Origin: Octopus sinensis
Taxonomy: Eukaryota
Length of the DNA: 64,000 bases
Reading direction: 5' to 3'
Assembly: GCF_006345805.1 (NCBI RefSeq)
Contig: NC_043000.1
Location: 50,654,001-50,718,000 of the forward strand
Of this stretch, positions 27,253 to 41,310 are shown piece after piece. The translations under genes were made by a program, and so were the position numbers. Below the pieces are notes generated by a model, which worked only from the letters and a program-made list of their open reading frames with translations, was not told where the DNA came from and made no database searches. Numbering within the stretch: position 1 is the stretch's first letter; each line of letters starts with the position of its first letter.

Positions 27253-27462
27253 AAAGTGCCGAGCTGGCAGAATTGTTAGCTTGCCCAACAAAATAATTAG
27301 TGGTATTTCACCCATCGCCATGTTGTAAGTTCAAATTCCACCGAAGTCAACTTCACTTTTCATACTTTCAGGATCGATAAATTAAGTACCAGTGATACAC
27401 TGGGGTCAAAGTAATCGGCTCATCCCCTTCCCCAAGCTGCCCTTGTGGCAAAAATTTGAAAT
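27253..27462 (+). mobile_element. SINE family D
   Basis: GAGCTGGCAGAATTGTTAGC head; GTTCAAAT; GATCGATAAATTAAGTACCAG; (ATT)n flanks. Confidence 0.85.
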
Positions 27463-27988
27463 CATCTTCATTATTATTATTATTGACATGAATTAGAAGA
27501 ACAATAGCATATATAACACTTTCATAGACTGGTGGGTTGGAGGAAAGAACTTATCCTCAGATCACAAATCTAGTCAAATGCTTGCAACAGAGCTAAGAGT
27601 GCATAACGGTCAGAAGGTGGTGTGGTGTTTCACTCTCAGAGAGATTAACTGCTGCACTCAGGAAGAGGAGCAATTTCTGAAGTAGGCTTCCATTTGATTT
27701 CATATACCAAAATTCACTCAAATGTTTTTGGTCAATCCAATGCTATGATAAAAGGAAAAATCTCCAAAGTTTGCTCTGATTTAGCTAAGATTTTGTCTTG
27801 GAAAAAGTAGTGCAACCTTTCTTCTTTTGTTTTAGTAAATAAAGATTTAAACAGAGTTTTATTTTCTGAAGCAAAGACAAACATACAACCAGTTACATGA
27901 ATGTGTATTATGCAATGTATACACTTTTAAACACATCACACATACATATATAACCACATGTGCATACATTTATATGTATATATGTATG

Positions 27989-28022
<34 letters not shown>

Positions 28023-28067
28023 TGTATGTATGTATGCATGCATGTATGTATGTATATATATATATAT

Positions 28068-28775
28068 AATACAAAATGAGACAAGAATGCAAAACATCCA
28101 GATAGACAATACAAAGAAAACAAGGACAGGTCATTCAGAGTTTTCTTTCCGCAGTCGAGTTACACATTATCTTTGCAATTTTGGCTGGTTATACTTTAGA
28201 TGCTCCAATCTGGCCTGCCCCAAGGAAAAGACTAAGCTAAGAGTATTAGATTCCTTGGAAGAAATTAGTGAATGTATATGGAAACAAGGATGAAAAAGAA
28301 ACAGAATGTTGCACAAATACAAATAACAGTACATAACAACAGGTGTCTTTCGACTAAGGACGAATTAAATTAAGCTGGCGTGTGTGGAAATAAAACCTTA
28401 TGGCAGGGATACAAGATTTCACAGGTACAGGAAGGAATATAGATGTTACACAGATGATGGCCAAACCAAGAAAGAAAGATCAGGCTTAGCCGAACACTGA
28501 TCACATGGGGAGAGAAGAGAGAGAGGTAGAAGCGGAGGGACAGAAGAATTAAGGAGGGCGAGAAAAAAATGACAAGGACACAGTGAAGTGAAAAGAGGAG
28601 GGAAAGTTAGCAAGAAGAGAAGGCAGGGAAATGTGAGAGAGGGGGAATGAAAGAATGAAGAGTGGAATGAACGAATAAGTGTGAAAGGGTTGATAGAAAG
28701 AAAGAATAGAGTCGTACAAGATTTAGATAAATATATACTTACATATGAGAGCAAAGTGTATGTACACCACTATAT

Positions 28776-28822
<47 letters not shown>

Positions 28823-28848
28823 AATACAAAATGGGACAAGAATGCAAA
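28068..28848. mobile_element. Unclassified ~780-bp repeat bounded by a 26-bp direct repeat, each copy preceded by (TA)n
   Basis: AATACAAAATG(A/G)GACAAGAATGCAAA at 28068-28093 and 28823-28848; purine-rich interior; no ORF. Confidence 0.5.
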
Positions 28849-28864
28849 TGTAATGTGTGTGTGA

Positions 28865-29290
28865 GATCACTTTCCATCTACATGGTTTCAGGTTCTGTCC
28901 TACTATGTGGTACTTTGACTTCTGGAAGTGTCTTCTGCTATAAATTTCACACCAAACAAAACCTTGTAAATAGATTTAGTAGATGTAAACTAAAAGCAAT
29001 TAGTTTTGTGTGTGTGTGTCCGTGTGAGTGCATGTGCATGTGTGTATGCGTGAGTGCATGCACGCATGTGTGTATGTGTTTCCTTTTGATATTACATGAT
29101 GATTGTAAATGAGCATCACTGTTGTGCAAGCAGTGTCCTTAATTTTGAATCTTGTGTGATGTGAAAACATACCTGGCGATGGGGGAATATTACCTAGTTT
29201 GTAAGCAATTGGGGTTTGGTGGCCCTAAAGTATCCATCTGATCTATACAAGCACAGACAAGTAAACATTGCTAAATAATGATGATGATGA
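28865..29290 (+). mobile_element. Degenerate family A SINE head/core carrying an RTE-type (GAT)n tail
   Basis: Head/core matches family A (CATGGTTTCAGGTTC...AAGTGTCTTCTGCTATA); tail ends GTAAACATTGCTAAATAATGATGATGAT. Confidence 0.6.
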
Positions 29291-30259
29291 TGGTGGTAGT
29301 GGTGGGGATGAAGATGATGATGATGACTTTTCTTGTGCAATTGATTACCCATTGAATTTCTAATGCTTTAAATTTGAAACCAGATTAATTTCTGTTAAAG
29401 AAGAAGAAGACGAAATTGTTGAATTAGAAATTTGTCAGACATGGATAAAAGTCATCTGAAATATATATTAAGCAAGTTGGTTAAAATAACTGCAGTGATA
29501 GTAATATTGAAATAGTATTAATAGTGATTTATCATCGCAAGCTTCCTGTGGGAAACATCTTGTTTGCAGTAACAGTTAACATATTAAAAGCAAATCTATT
29601 TAAATGTCTCTAAATTCAATACACTGTTTTGTACTAAATGGTTGTTTCTCTCCATAAATGTATCTGACAATCACGTTCATTTGTCCATTTTACAATGTAA
29701 AAGAGTAAAGATCTACTTTGTTACTAGTAATAATTTATTATGTAAAAGAGGTGAGAGACTAACAGCAATAAGTGAAAAGAAAAAGTAAATAGATAAAAAG
29801 ACTGAGTAAGTACTAAAGGCAAAATGATTTTTAGCGTTGGATATATAGATTTTACAATCCTCGATGTGTGATTTGTATTGTTAGGTGTAATTTGTTCGCT
29901 AAAAGAATAGCGGTAGCATTTTTGTGTTGGAAATGGAACATGTGAGCTTATATATTTGTGCATTTGTTGTGTGTGCTTGTATAAATTATATACTGTTTTG
30001 TATGATTTATATACTCATGCATATATATGTGAATATAATTACGTAGTGTATAAATGTGTTGTGAATATGTTTCTCTCTATCTCTCTCTCTCTTTCTTTTA
30101 TATCCACATTGACTCACAGCTTTAATTGTTTGAGTGTTTTAAACCATGTAACAGTCTTACCATGACTTTACTAAGAGATACCTCAAAAATTAATTTTGTG
30201 TGCATACTCGTGCGTATAAACAAAAAATGCCTATGCTTATATAGGTGTAAATGTATATC

Positions 30260-30643
30260 TGGAAGCACTCCGTTGGTTACGACGATGAGGGTTCCAGTTG
30301 ATCCGAATCAATGGAACAGCCTGCTCATGAAATTAACGTGTAAGTGGCTGAGCACTCCACAGACACGTGCACCCTTAACATAGTTCTCGGGGATATTCAG
30401 CGTGACACAGAGAGTGACAAGGCCGGCCCCTTGAAATACAGGTACAACAGAAACAGGAAGTAAGAGTGAGAGAAAGTTGTGGTGAAAGAGTACAGCAGGG
30501 ATCACCGCCATCCCCTGCTGGAGTCTCGTGGAGCTTTTAGGTGTTTTCGCTCAATAATCACTCTCAACGCCCGGTCTGGGAATCGAAACCGCGATCCTAT
30601 GACCACGAGTCCGCTGCCCTAACCACTGGGCCATTGCGCCTCC
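30260..30643 (-). mobile_element. SINE family B (tRNA-Arg-like head), full length
   Basis: GGAGGCGCAATGGCCCAGTGGTTAGGGCAGCGGACTCG...TTCGATTCCC; near-identical to 45803-46182. Confidence 0.92.
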
Positions 30644-30789
30644 ACGTATCCATGTAGGTGCTTATTAAAAACTGGGTGAACAACAATTTAAAATAAGTAT
30701 TTAATAATCCACATTAGAGTGAAGATATTTGTTTATTCAGATTATAGCATTTACACTGGAGATCTTAACCCTTGTTTTGATACTTACTG

Positions 30790-30819
30790 AAGGCTATCAG
30801 TTGTACAACTGATAGCCTT
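30790..30819. repeat. Perfect 30-bp palindrome
   Basis: AAGGCTATCAGTTGTACAACTGATAGCCTT is its own reverse complement. Confidence 0.95.
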
Positions 30820-31225
30820 TGTCCAAAATGCTCTGCTTCCATGTTTGCTTCGAGCATCCTCGCTTCCTTTTCCCCTGTGGGTTCCAGTCAAGTGCTTGTT
30901 GTATACATATATATATATATATTTAGGATTATTAGATGCTTTGAAAAATACACAGACATGAAATAAAAGTTGTTCAGTTATTTATCTCATTGATATAATT
31001 GCGACTTTAACATGCTATTTATGAATCTACCATTTCCCATCAGGTGTTGCAAAAACATTTTGTTCTAAAAGTCTAGTAATTTAAATTGTAAATACAATGT
31101 GTAATCATAAAAAGCATGAAGAATCTCATACCTGTTATATAAATCATACTTTCATAAGATCCTACTTTATGAGACATATAATAATTGACATTAAAATATA
31201 GTCATAAACAATGAAAGAAACTTAA

Positions 31226-31282
<57 letters not shown>

Positions 31283-31286
<4 letters not shown>

Positions 31287-31504
31287 AAGGGATGCTGGAA
31301 AGTTCCTGGCTTTGAGTAGGTAAAAAAATATACAGGTGTATCAGTTAATTATGATTTTATTCAACATATTCCCCTCTTAGATTCACACACTTATTGCAGT
31401 GGTCCTTCAGTTTTTGTAAGCCCTGTAAAAGAACCCAGAAGTTTGGGCCTCTAACCAGGCCTTTCACAACACCCTTAAAGCCAGGAACTTTTCAGCTCCA
31501 CCTC

Positions 31505-31506
<2 letters not shown>
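31283..31506. mobile_element. Mariner-type MITE (~220 bp)
   Basis: TIRs GG.TGCTG.AAAGTTCCTGGCTTT / AAAGCCAGGAACTTTTCAGC; embedded in TA/CA repeats; second copy at 44205. Confidence 0.85.
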
Positions 31507-31561
<55 letters not shown>

Positions 31562-32629
31562 GAGAGAGAGAGACATACACACACACATTAATTCAGATTT
31601 TATGTTTAAAGGAGAATGGTAGAACTATTTAAAGTACTCCTATTATACATGATAAAATGTGAGGCCAAGAAAGAGCCTTTATTTTGTTGTATGAACACAG
31701 TAGGGATTGTCAGCAGCGTAAGTGGCTTTCAATTTGAAGTTATTTCCCAGATAAAATATATTAATATTGATAGTAATACTGAAAAATTAATGTAAACAAA
31801 AATCCTTATGAGAAATAAATAATAGATAAATTAATGATTAAGTATTGTATTGATGTTGTGATAATAGTGATAATGAAAATAAGACTAGTAATAAATGTAC
31901 AAATTTATAGCTATTAATATGGTGGGATATATTAATAGCGTCAGTGATATTGATGTTGTGATGGTATTGATAGGAAAAATTAAGAATAAAAGTAAGAATT
32001 TATAGCTATGTTCATGGCAGAATTTGTAGATAAATACTAGATGAATTGTAAATAAATAATAAAATTAATGATAAAGAAATAGAGCTGTTGGTGGTGATGG
32101 TGGGTTTTGATGAGGAAAAGAAAGGTATGTTCATAAAAAGATAAAAGATGGTGACCTGGTAGTCAGTACAATTATTGTCAAAAATCATGCAAAATGATTA
32201 CAGAAATCTCAAGGAAAATACCTCATAGTTAGGCCAGTTAGTTGAGCCCAATGACATTCATACACACACACAACTACTTAAGATAAATAATTGATAAAGT
32301 CTGCTAATGACATTGACAGCTGATGGCCATAATTATTGGAAGGGTGAAATGTTTTAATAGTGATGTTAATGATGACAACGATGATGATTATGATGATGAT
32401 GAATATAAAAATAATACAAATAAAATATCTCCATTTGCTTTTGTAAACACCATTAATAGGTAGGGCTCTCCTGAGAAGAACAATTATATTTTCATAAGGA
32501 AAATGCAAATTGCATATCAAATAGATCCCACAAAACCTGCTTAGAATGGGAGCGAGTTTTATCCCAGTCTTACTACCACTATGCATACCCATATATATAT
32601 AAATATATAATCTGTGTGTGTATTTATAT

Positions 32630-32672
<43 letters not shown>

Positions 32673-32701
32673 ATGTAATAACATATACATATGTATATAT
32701 A

Positions 32702-32761
<60 letters not shown>

Positions 32762-34101
32762 CACGCATAGGTATATATATGTGCACATTGTTTTTATGTG
32801 CAAGCATATATAGATAAAAAGAATGTAATATTAAATTGAAGGACCACTTAGTACAGTACTTTTCAGTAGAGTACATATTTATTCATTTTTCAGAATGTTG
32901 ATAGTGACATTTACCTTTCAGTTTGCTATAGTCTACTTGCATTTTTCTGGCATTTTATACTTTTTCAAGGAGGTTTTCTTTGAAATGGAGTGAGAGGAAA
33001 TAAATGAAAATTAGTATATGGGTGACAAGAGAAGTCATTATATTGGAGACAAATTGGAGGAAAGTATGTTTGTAGTATATAGAAAAACAAATGGAGATAG
33101 TTATTCTGGTTTGATAATGGTATTGTTTATTGCATTGGGTTCAGTCAAGCATGTAACTAAAGAAAAATTGTCATACTCATCACACAAATATTGTGTTGAT
33201 TCTTTGTGTGTGTGTGTGCATATATGTATATACAGACACATATGTTCATACATTTATATCCATACATATATATGTATTTGTGCATGTGTTCTTTTTTGTT
33301 ATATATATATATATTTATATATCCTTAATGATTGAATTTCATTATTAGAATAGCAAAGGTACTTGAAAATGGTGTTATTGATACCTTCCCATTTATTTTG
33401 TTTTATAAGCCCATCAAAAATTAGTGATTATGAAGAGAGGTTTTACAATGTAACATTACATTGATTAATATTTTATTTTCCTTTCTTCAAGAGGGATTTT
33501 AATACCTTTTTATATTCGGATTTGATGCCAAAGAAGGTAAAAAAAATCTAATAAAAACATGAGTATGTATTTAGTATGGATATAAATAGCAACTAACTAT
33601 TTAATGAATAATCTTATAAATATTTACTTAAGAAACTTTCTCCTTGATTTCTTCTCAAAAGATAGCAATTATATCTTAAAGCAGACATTTGAAATTAATC
33701 TGTATTGACTTTTAGCTGTCAATTGTAGTTTTTGTTGTTTGAATTTTTTTTTGTGTGTGTTTGATGTTCTAAAATATTGCTTTACTCTCATCTGTTTTAA
33801 TGTGAAGCTATTTCAAGTATGGATTGTTTACTCTTGAAAGAGTTTAAGAAAAGATTCATTTCTTCTTTTGATAGTGTAATTTATCCTTCTTGTAAGAAGA
33901 CAAAGTACACAAATTAGTTGACTTTTTTTTCCCCACATTTCTGGTTTAATTTTTTTATATGAAAGAGGGAAAAGTGTGAAAGGAATAAAAGAAAGTATGC
34001 AAATGTGTTAGTGTTTGTACATCCCATCAGCAGGAGGAAGAAGGATGTGTAGAATATTAAGAAGATAATTGTTGATGCACATATATATATGTATACACAA
34101 G

Positions 34102-34135
<34 letters not shown>

Positions 34136-35394
34136 AATAAATTAATGCTGTTCTGATTATAGGTCTGCTTAATCAAGACTGAATGAAGGATAAACAACAA
34201 TAGAGTCATATTACAAAATAACTGCTTTATATTTGCAGCTTTAGAGTAAAAGTGATGATACAAAAGACATACCTTGTATTCAATTGGACCAGCCTCTGTT
34301 TCGTACAAGAGAAAAATTGCAACTGTCTAATAAGAGTCTTGTTATTCATGTCATATAGTTGGAAGCTACACTGAAAATTTGGAGCTATTCTTATTATTTA
34401 TTAGAAATTTTTCAGTAATTATCTTTATCAGAGTCTTTCACTAATCAGTATTCTAATTCTGATTTGCTTAATTATCTCTGTCTATTTGTTCTTCTTTTTC
34501 TATAAGGAGCAGATTGAAAATAATATCAAATGAAATAAAATCCATCTAAGATAGAAATGTTCTAATATTACAAAAGGGGAAATGTGCAATCATGATATTA
34601 GATATAAATATTACTTCTTGTGCAAATAGCTCTCAGTTAATAAATGTAGTTTATATATTTGTAAGCTGAGCAAACTCTGCATCTGCATCAGTTAGCCTAA
34701 AAAATTATATTTTCACTCAAAAGAAAAATATCAACATATCATTCTTATTCTGTGTCTTGTTACAAAATGTATTTGATATTATAGAAAAAGTAAACAGTGA
34801 ATTTCAAACATCATGTACGAATTGGAGTTATATACTCTGATTAATTAGTGCTTAATGTTACCATCATTAAGTAAAATACTGATGTCACATAAATTCCATT
34901 ATGGAGAGTTGATGTTCTGTGGAGGAATAAGGAGCAGCTAGTGTAATGTGAAGGGAGTGAAATATTTTACTGGCAAAAGAAGATTAAGGAATAAGTGTTT
35001 TGCTGTTTATTTTCTCATGCCATCCCTGTTTCAGCAAAATTATGATCAAAGGCATGACCATCTTCTCTTTTTTCTGATGTGTAGGAGGTCTAAGACCATA
35101 TTATCAATGATAAAATTGAATGCTGTAATTTGATGGAGATTTGTTAGCTAAATCTATGAGGTTGAGTAACCTTTTAGGTGTTCTCTTTTCAATTTTAGTG
35201 AGTTGTTTCAGATAGGCATAGTTGGTAGGTAATCATCTAATTCAGAAGATTAGATACCAATATTTGTTGTCCTTCTATCTCGTGTACTTTAATAATCTTT
35301 TTGCAGTTATCTCACTCCTGTGCAGATAAAACTATACTTTATTCCTTCTACAATATAATTTCAAGAAGGCCTGCATGGATGATAATGCACTTGC

Positions 35395-37484
35395 TTTTAA
35401 TGAGTCTGCAAAGAAATTTGTTTGGAGATGCCATTATGAAAGACTGCTGGATGTGAAGAATGAATAGGATGAGGAGGGTCTACCAAATGTTGACCCAACT
35501 GAGGGACCAGCTACCCGAATTGACAGTACCCTGGTAGATAAAGCAACTAAGGATATGAAGACAGGGAAAACCCCTGGCCCATCAGGAATCACCACTGAGA
35601 TACTTAAGATATCTGGCTGTGTAGGTTATGGTATAGTCACCCGTATTATAAATCAAGTGGTTCATGAAAGAGTCATACCAAATGACTGGTATAGCAGCTC
35701 CATAGTCAACTGCTATAAAGGTAAAGGTGATGTCTTAGATAGAAATAATTACAGAGGTATTGAATTGTTGGATCAGGTGATGAAAGTTACGGAGAGAGTC
35801 ATAGCCTAACTAATTAGGGAGAGAGTCTAGATGAGATGCAGTTTGGTTTTGTGCCAGGTAGAAGCACCACTGATGCTATATTTCTAGTAAGGAATCTTCA
35901 GGAGAAATACCTTACCAAAGATAAACCTCTGTACTTGGCTGTTTTTGATTTGGAGAAAGCCTTTGACAGGATCCCCTGATCCCTTTTCTGGTGGTCAATG
36001 CAGAGATTAGGGATAGACGAGTAGTTGGTGAGAGCTGTGCAAATCTTGTACATGGATGTTATTAGAAAGGTGAGGGTGGCAACAAGTACAGCAAAGAATT
36101 CAGGGCACAAGTAGGGGTTCACCAAGGATCGGTTCACCTCTTGTTCATCTTAGTCCTCCAGGCAATAACAGAGGAATTCAAGATGGGCTGCCCCTTGGAG
36201 CTCATCTATGCCAATGACCTTGCTCTTATAGCTGAATCACTACCTAAACCAGAGAAGAAGTTCCAGGTATGGAAGCAAGGTCTAGAATCAAAGGGTCTTA
36301 GAGTTAATCTAGCAAAAACTAAAGTCAACAAATCACAAATCTCTTCAGGTAGATGGCCCAGCTCAATCTGTAGAAGCTTCATATTATGTACCCATTGTAA
36401 GCTTTGGACACATAAAAGGTGCAGCAACATCAGAGGAAGGTTAACAGGGAAATTAAGTTTTTGTATGTAGAAGGTGCACAGGTACAATAAATGCTGAAGA
36501 TGCACAGAAAATAGACTCCATCAACTGTCAGTGGAGCAGCTGGAGGTAATAGATAGCTTCCATTATTTAGGTGACCAAGTTAGTAGTAGAGGTGGATGCT
36601 CTGAGAGCATAGCTGTGAGAATAAGATTAGGCTGAGCAAAGTTTAGAGAGCTCCTACCCCTGCCGGCAACAAACGGCCTCTCTCTTGGAGTGAAAGGCAG
36701 ATTATTTGATGCCTGTGCAAAAACAGCTATACTTCTTGGCAGTGAAACATAGGCTATGACAACTGAGGACATGCGTAGGCTTGAAATAAATGAAGCCAAC
36801 ATGCTTCATTGGATATGCATGTTTTACAGAGTGTAAGTATCTTGAGAAAAGAAGTTAGGCATAAGTGGAATCAGATGTGATGTGCAAGAGAGATAACTGT
36901 GCTGGTATGGTCATGTGATGTGTATGGAGGAGGACAATTGTGCAAAGTAGTGCTGATCTCTAATTGTGGAGGGAACCTGTGGTAGAGGTAGACCCAAGAA
37001 GACATGGGAGGAGGTGGTGAAGAATGATTTTCGAATTTTGTTGTGCCTCATAGAAGCAAAGTGGCTGAGTTCTTTCAAGTGTTAGGCTTCATGGAGGCAA
37101 GGTGGCTGAGTTCCTTTCAAGGGTTGGGCCTCATGAAGGTAATGACCAAGACCTTTGGCATTATGTCATGCTTCAGAAGAAGACCCATCAAGCTGAGCAA
37201 AATCGCAGTCGTTGTAGGTACCGATGTCACGCAAATTGGCACCCATGGCAGTGGCATGCACATGCATTCTGTTGTCACACAAATGGCACCCCTGCCAGTG
37301 GCACATAAAGTCACCCATTACACTCTCAGAGTTGTTGGCATTAGGAAGGGCATCCAGCCTTAGAAAACCATACCAAATCAGACTGGAGTCTGGTGCAGCC
37401 TTCCAGCGTGCCAGCCCATTCAAATCGTCCAGTTCATACCAGCATGGACAACGGATGTTAAATGATGATGATGATGGTGATTAT
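35395..37484 (+). mobile_element. RTE-clade LINE, 5'-truncated, decayed RT ORF plus 3' UTR and (GAT)n tail
   Basis: GKTPGPSGI...YKGKGD..DRNNYRGI.LL...QFGFVPGRSTTDAIF...DLEKAFDR...GVHQGS...LIYANDLAL...GRGRPKKTWEE; several stops and frameshifts. Confidence 0.95.
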
Positions 37485-39834
37485 TAAAGTCTAGTTGGGT
37501 GAAAGTGAGAGTTGATAAATTGTGGATGATAGAGAACTTCATCAGCATCACTCTGTGATGATGTGATCTGGCAGGAATGTGTGCATACAGTTATAGATGT
37601 ATTTAGTCATCCTTGCCACTCATGCTTAAAGCGACCTCTTTACTACTTCCATTTATTCACCATGCCATGACAGTTGCAAACATGTGCTTTTCAATTTCTC
37701 CAATTTTCCTTCTCAGTTCTATTCTTTCCAAGTTTATCCTACATTTCGGAAGAAGAGTGAATACTTAAAATGCTTAAAGACATTTTCTTTTATTAGCACT
37801 ATTTCCTGAGCATCAAACTAATACCAGCTCTATTTATTTTTTTTACTTAAATCTTTTGTGTTTTTCATAACATTTACACCACAACACCCACACACACACA
37901 TGCACATGCGCGATTAAATATATCATGTGTATATATGTATTGCATGACGTCTTTCAGCATGGTCTTGAGTCAACACATACCTTGTTAGTAAAATCAGGCA
38001 GATTGAATCTGATGTGATAGCTTGTTGGATGAACTCCATCTGCACTGTCCTAATTTTGTTACACCTTGAGTCATGCTGGTTCTGTTTTAGAATTGCTTGA
38101 AGGTTACAAGTGCCTGTGAAATACTTAGCCACTTCCAGCCTAACTCAGTAAATAGGTTAGTTCAGTCGCTCAAACAACTAGAGTAGTCTTTGTAAGAAGA
38201 GCTGCACTTTTATGTGTGAATGTAAGTGCATATAATATACATATTCATATTCACACACATTGTCTATTATTCTAACTTTTATGACCAGAATTAAGTTAAA
38301 ATCTCCTTATGTCAGTGTATTCTTTATAGACTATTAGTGTAGAATTTATGATTGCACTATTGAAATACAGTAGGAATAAAGATAACAACAAGATAACATA
38401 AAGTGTTGCTGGAAATAATATTTATTATCAAATTCTTTTGAGTTCCTTTTTCTAATGGTATTGTTGAGTATGCTAAGTTTGCAGTTGAATAATTAATTTT
38501 TTCCTCAATAAAAGTATTTTAATATATATACTTATCAAATGTATAGAATAAGAGAAAGAACTCTAAGAACAAGGTACAAAAAACAAAAAAAGAAAAAATT
38601 TGGAGAACAGCCATTTTGAAGCTCTATCTAACCAATGCACAGCAGAATCTTGACAAAAAAAAAAAAGAAAAGAAGGATAATATTGATATAAATTTTCAGT
38701 TTTATGAATTCTGCACATAAGAGACTACTAATCAATTTACATCAGTGAATAATAGTTATCTTCTATACACTAGTTGTTTTAAGATTCTATCTAAGTAATG
38801 GATATTATGAGACATTTTCAGTGTATATTTTAGTAGGATTCCCCAAACAAAGAAATCAGGCTTTTTTTTTCTCCCACCAACCTGTTATATGCAGACATAC
38901 TGCTTTTAACACTTGTTGCATAGTGTTTAGTTTCTTCAGCTTTCTTTTTTTTTTTCACCTTCTCTGATAAATCTTCAATTTTTTTTTATAAAGTAGCACC
39001 TACACAGCTTCCATCTCCTCCTCCACTAACACCATTTAGTTCATTTTATTTATCCATTACTTTCAGTTAATATTGATTTGTGCTAATGTTTGCAAATGAA
39101 GTACCATTTCACTAACAGCTTGACATAAAACAATTTGAATTTTCTTTAAATTAAAACAAAAATAAAGATAGCATCCATTTCGATTTGAACTGGATAAATT
39201 ACTTGCATGTTTTAAAATGATGGATCATAAGGTTATCTCAGTTTGATAGACTTAGTTAAAGATTCTTCTATGTATCTGTCTAAAACACATTATTCAGCAA
39301 ATTGCTCCTATATCAGAGCAAGTTGCCCAGAAAAAAGAAAAAAAAAAGATTTGTCCTACAGCATGTAGTCTAATAACATCTGATGTAATTTTTGTTTTTC
39401 TGACTTCTCACAATTCTGATTTGTCATGACAACACTGGGGTATTATTTAAAGTAGATAAAAGTTGATTATTTATGGACAATGGAATATCAATTTTCTTTT
39501 TAAATGATGCTACAAATCTTTTCAAACTATGACTAACCATTTTAATACTGACAGTTTAACAATTTCATTTTATGTTTAGCTTTTAATATAAAATGCATGT
39601 ACTTTTCATATAGATTACATCTTTAGTACATTGTGCTATGAGCCAGGGGTTGCCAATTTTTAGTGGTTGGTATGTATTTGAATACCGATGAGGAAAATGT
39701 GAGGACAAGCTGAGAAAAAGGAAATATTTTCAACAATGATTTTAATAATGCAAAGTGAAAAAATATATATAATTTAGAATTTGTTGTGTATGTTTATAAG
39801 TAAATACGTGCGAAATGTAAGACAGTGGAAATTC

Positions 39835-39844
39835 TGAGAGAGAG

Positions 39845-39893
<49 letters not shown>

Positions 39894-39912
39894 GGAGGGA
39901 GGGAGAGAGAGA
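39835..39912. repeat. (GA)n microsatellite
   Basis: Direct reading. Confidence 0.9.
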
Positions 39913-40446
39913 GTGAGTTAAGAGATGAAATATACTTTGTTTATGTGAAGCTGGGGCCAGATAGCTTTTTGCTGCAAGAAGCGGAATCACTTAGCGAGGC
40001 ATTGTTGAACAGAAGTTTAAAGATAAATACCTTTTGCTTGCAATAAGGAAGGCCCCTTAAGAAAATCAGATTTCAGGGATTATAAAGATTCACTTAACAT
40101 CAAGAATATTCTCAATGATATTTAGACGTGAAAACTGAAAATCGTCATCTTTTTTCTGTCAATGCCTATCAAAATTGACATCAGCAAGGATTGTTTAATA
40201 AAAATGCTAGTTGGCGTTTTTTTCATATAACTCAAGAATATAATGCAGGTAACTTCAGTTAATATTTCCAAATTTGGTAATGCTAATTGTAATTGTATTT
40301 AATTTTGCACCTAAATGTTCTCAGAAAAAAATCCAATGAAGCTATCTCCTACACTTTTATATTCATATATAAAGTGAAGATGTTTTCCATATTTTTTAGA
40401 TGGACAGCACAGATGCTAACAAATCTGTTAATAGTTCTAAGCTAAT

Positions 40447-40875
40447 TCTTTTATTCTTTTACTGGTTTCAATCAATTGACTCTGGCCATGCTGAAGCACT
40501 GCCTTTTAGTCAAAGAAATTGACCCCTGGATTTATTCTTTGTAAGCCTGGTGCTTATTCCATTGGTCTCTTCTGCCGAACCACTAAATTACGGGGACATC
40601 GACAAACCAACATTGGTTGTCAAGCAATGGTGTGGGGGGAGGACAAATACAGACATAAACACACACACACATAAATAAATAAAAAAAAAAAATATATATA
40701 TATACACACACACACATGACAGGCTTCTTTTAGTTTCCCTCGGCCAAATCCACTGACAAGGCTTTGGTCAGCCTGAGGCTATAGTAGAAGATACTTGCCT
40801 AAGGTGCCATGCAGCAGGACTGAACCCAGAATCATGTGGTTGGGAAGCAAGCTTCTTACTACACAGCCACGCCTC
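40447..40875 (-). mobile_element. SINE family A
   Basis: Aligns to the family consensus seen in the other copies. Confidence 0.88.
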
Positions 40876-41097
40876 TGAGAAACTAATAATATTTACGTAG
40901 ATAATTATTATAACTAATATTTTATAGTATTTTATTTTAGAATGATGAATACTAGTCATGTATACTAATTAAACTTCAAAGTAAAACGTTTAGTCAAGAA
41001 TTATCTGATGTGGGAATTTGTAGATTAATGCTTTCTTTGTTACATATTTCTTATCATGTTTAAAGTATTTCATACTGGTGTTATGTTTGAGAGTAAT

Positions 41098-41310
41098 CCT
41101 TTCTTATATAGCCACAAGGCCTGAAATTTGAGGGAAGGAAGATAGTTAATTACATTGATCTCAGTAGTCAACTGGTACTTATTTTATCAACTCTGAAAAG
41201 ATGAAAGACAAAGTCGACCTTGGCAGAATTTTAACTCAGAACACAAAAACATACGATACGCTACCACTTTGTTCAGTGTGCTAATGATTCTGTTAGTTTG
41301 CTGTCTTAAT
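41098..41310 (-). mobile_element. SINE family D
   Basis: CTGGTACTTATTTTATC...GATGAAAGACAAAGTCGACCTTGGCAGAATTTTAACTCAGAAC. Confidence 0.8.

Noticed and set aside
28125-28160. Hammerhead-like string on the minus strand (CTGCGGA...GAATGAC)
   Set aside because: Core has A6-to-C, lacks GAAA, and has no convincing stems I/II.
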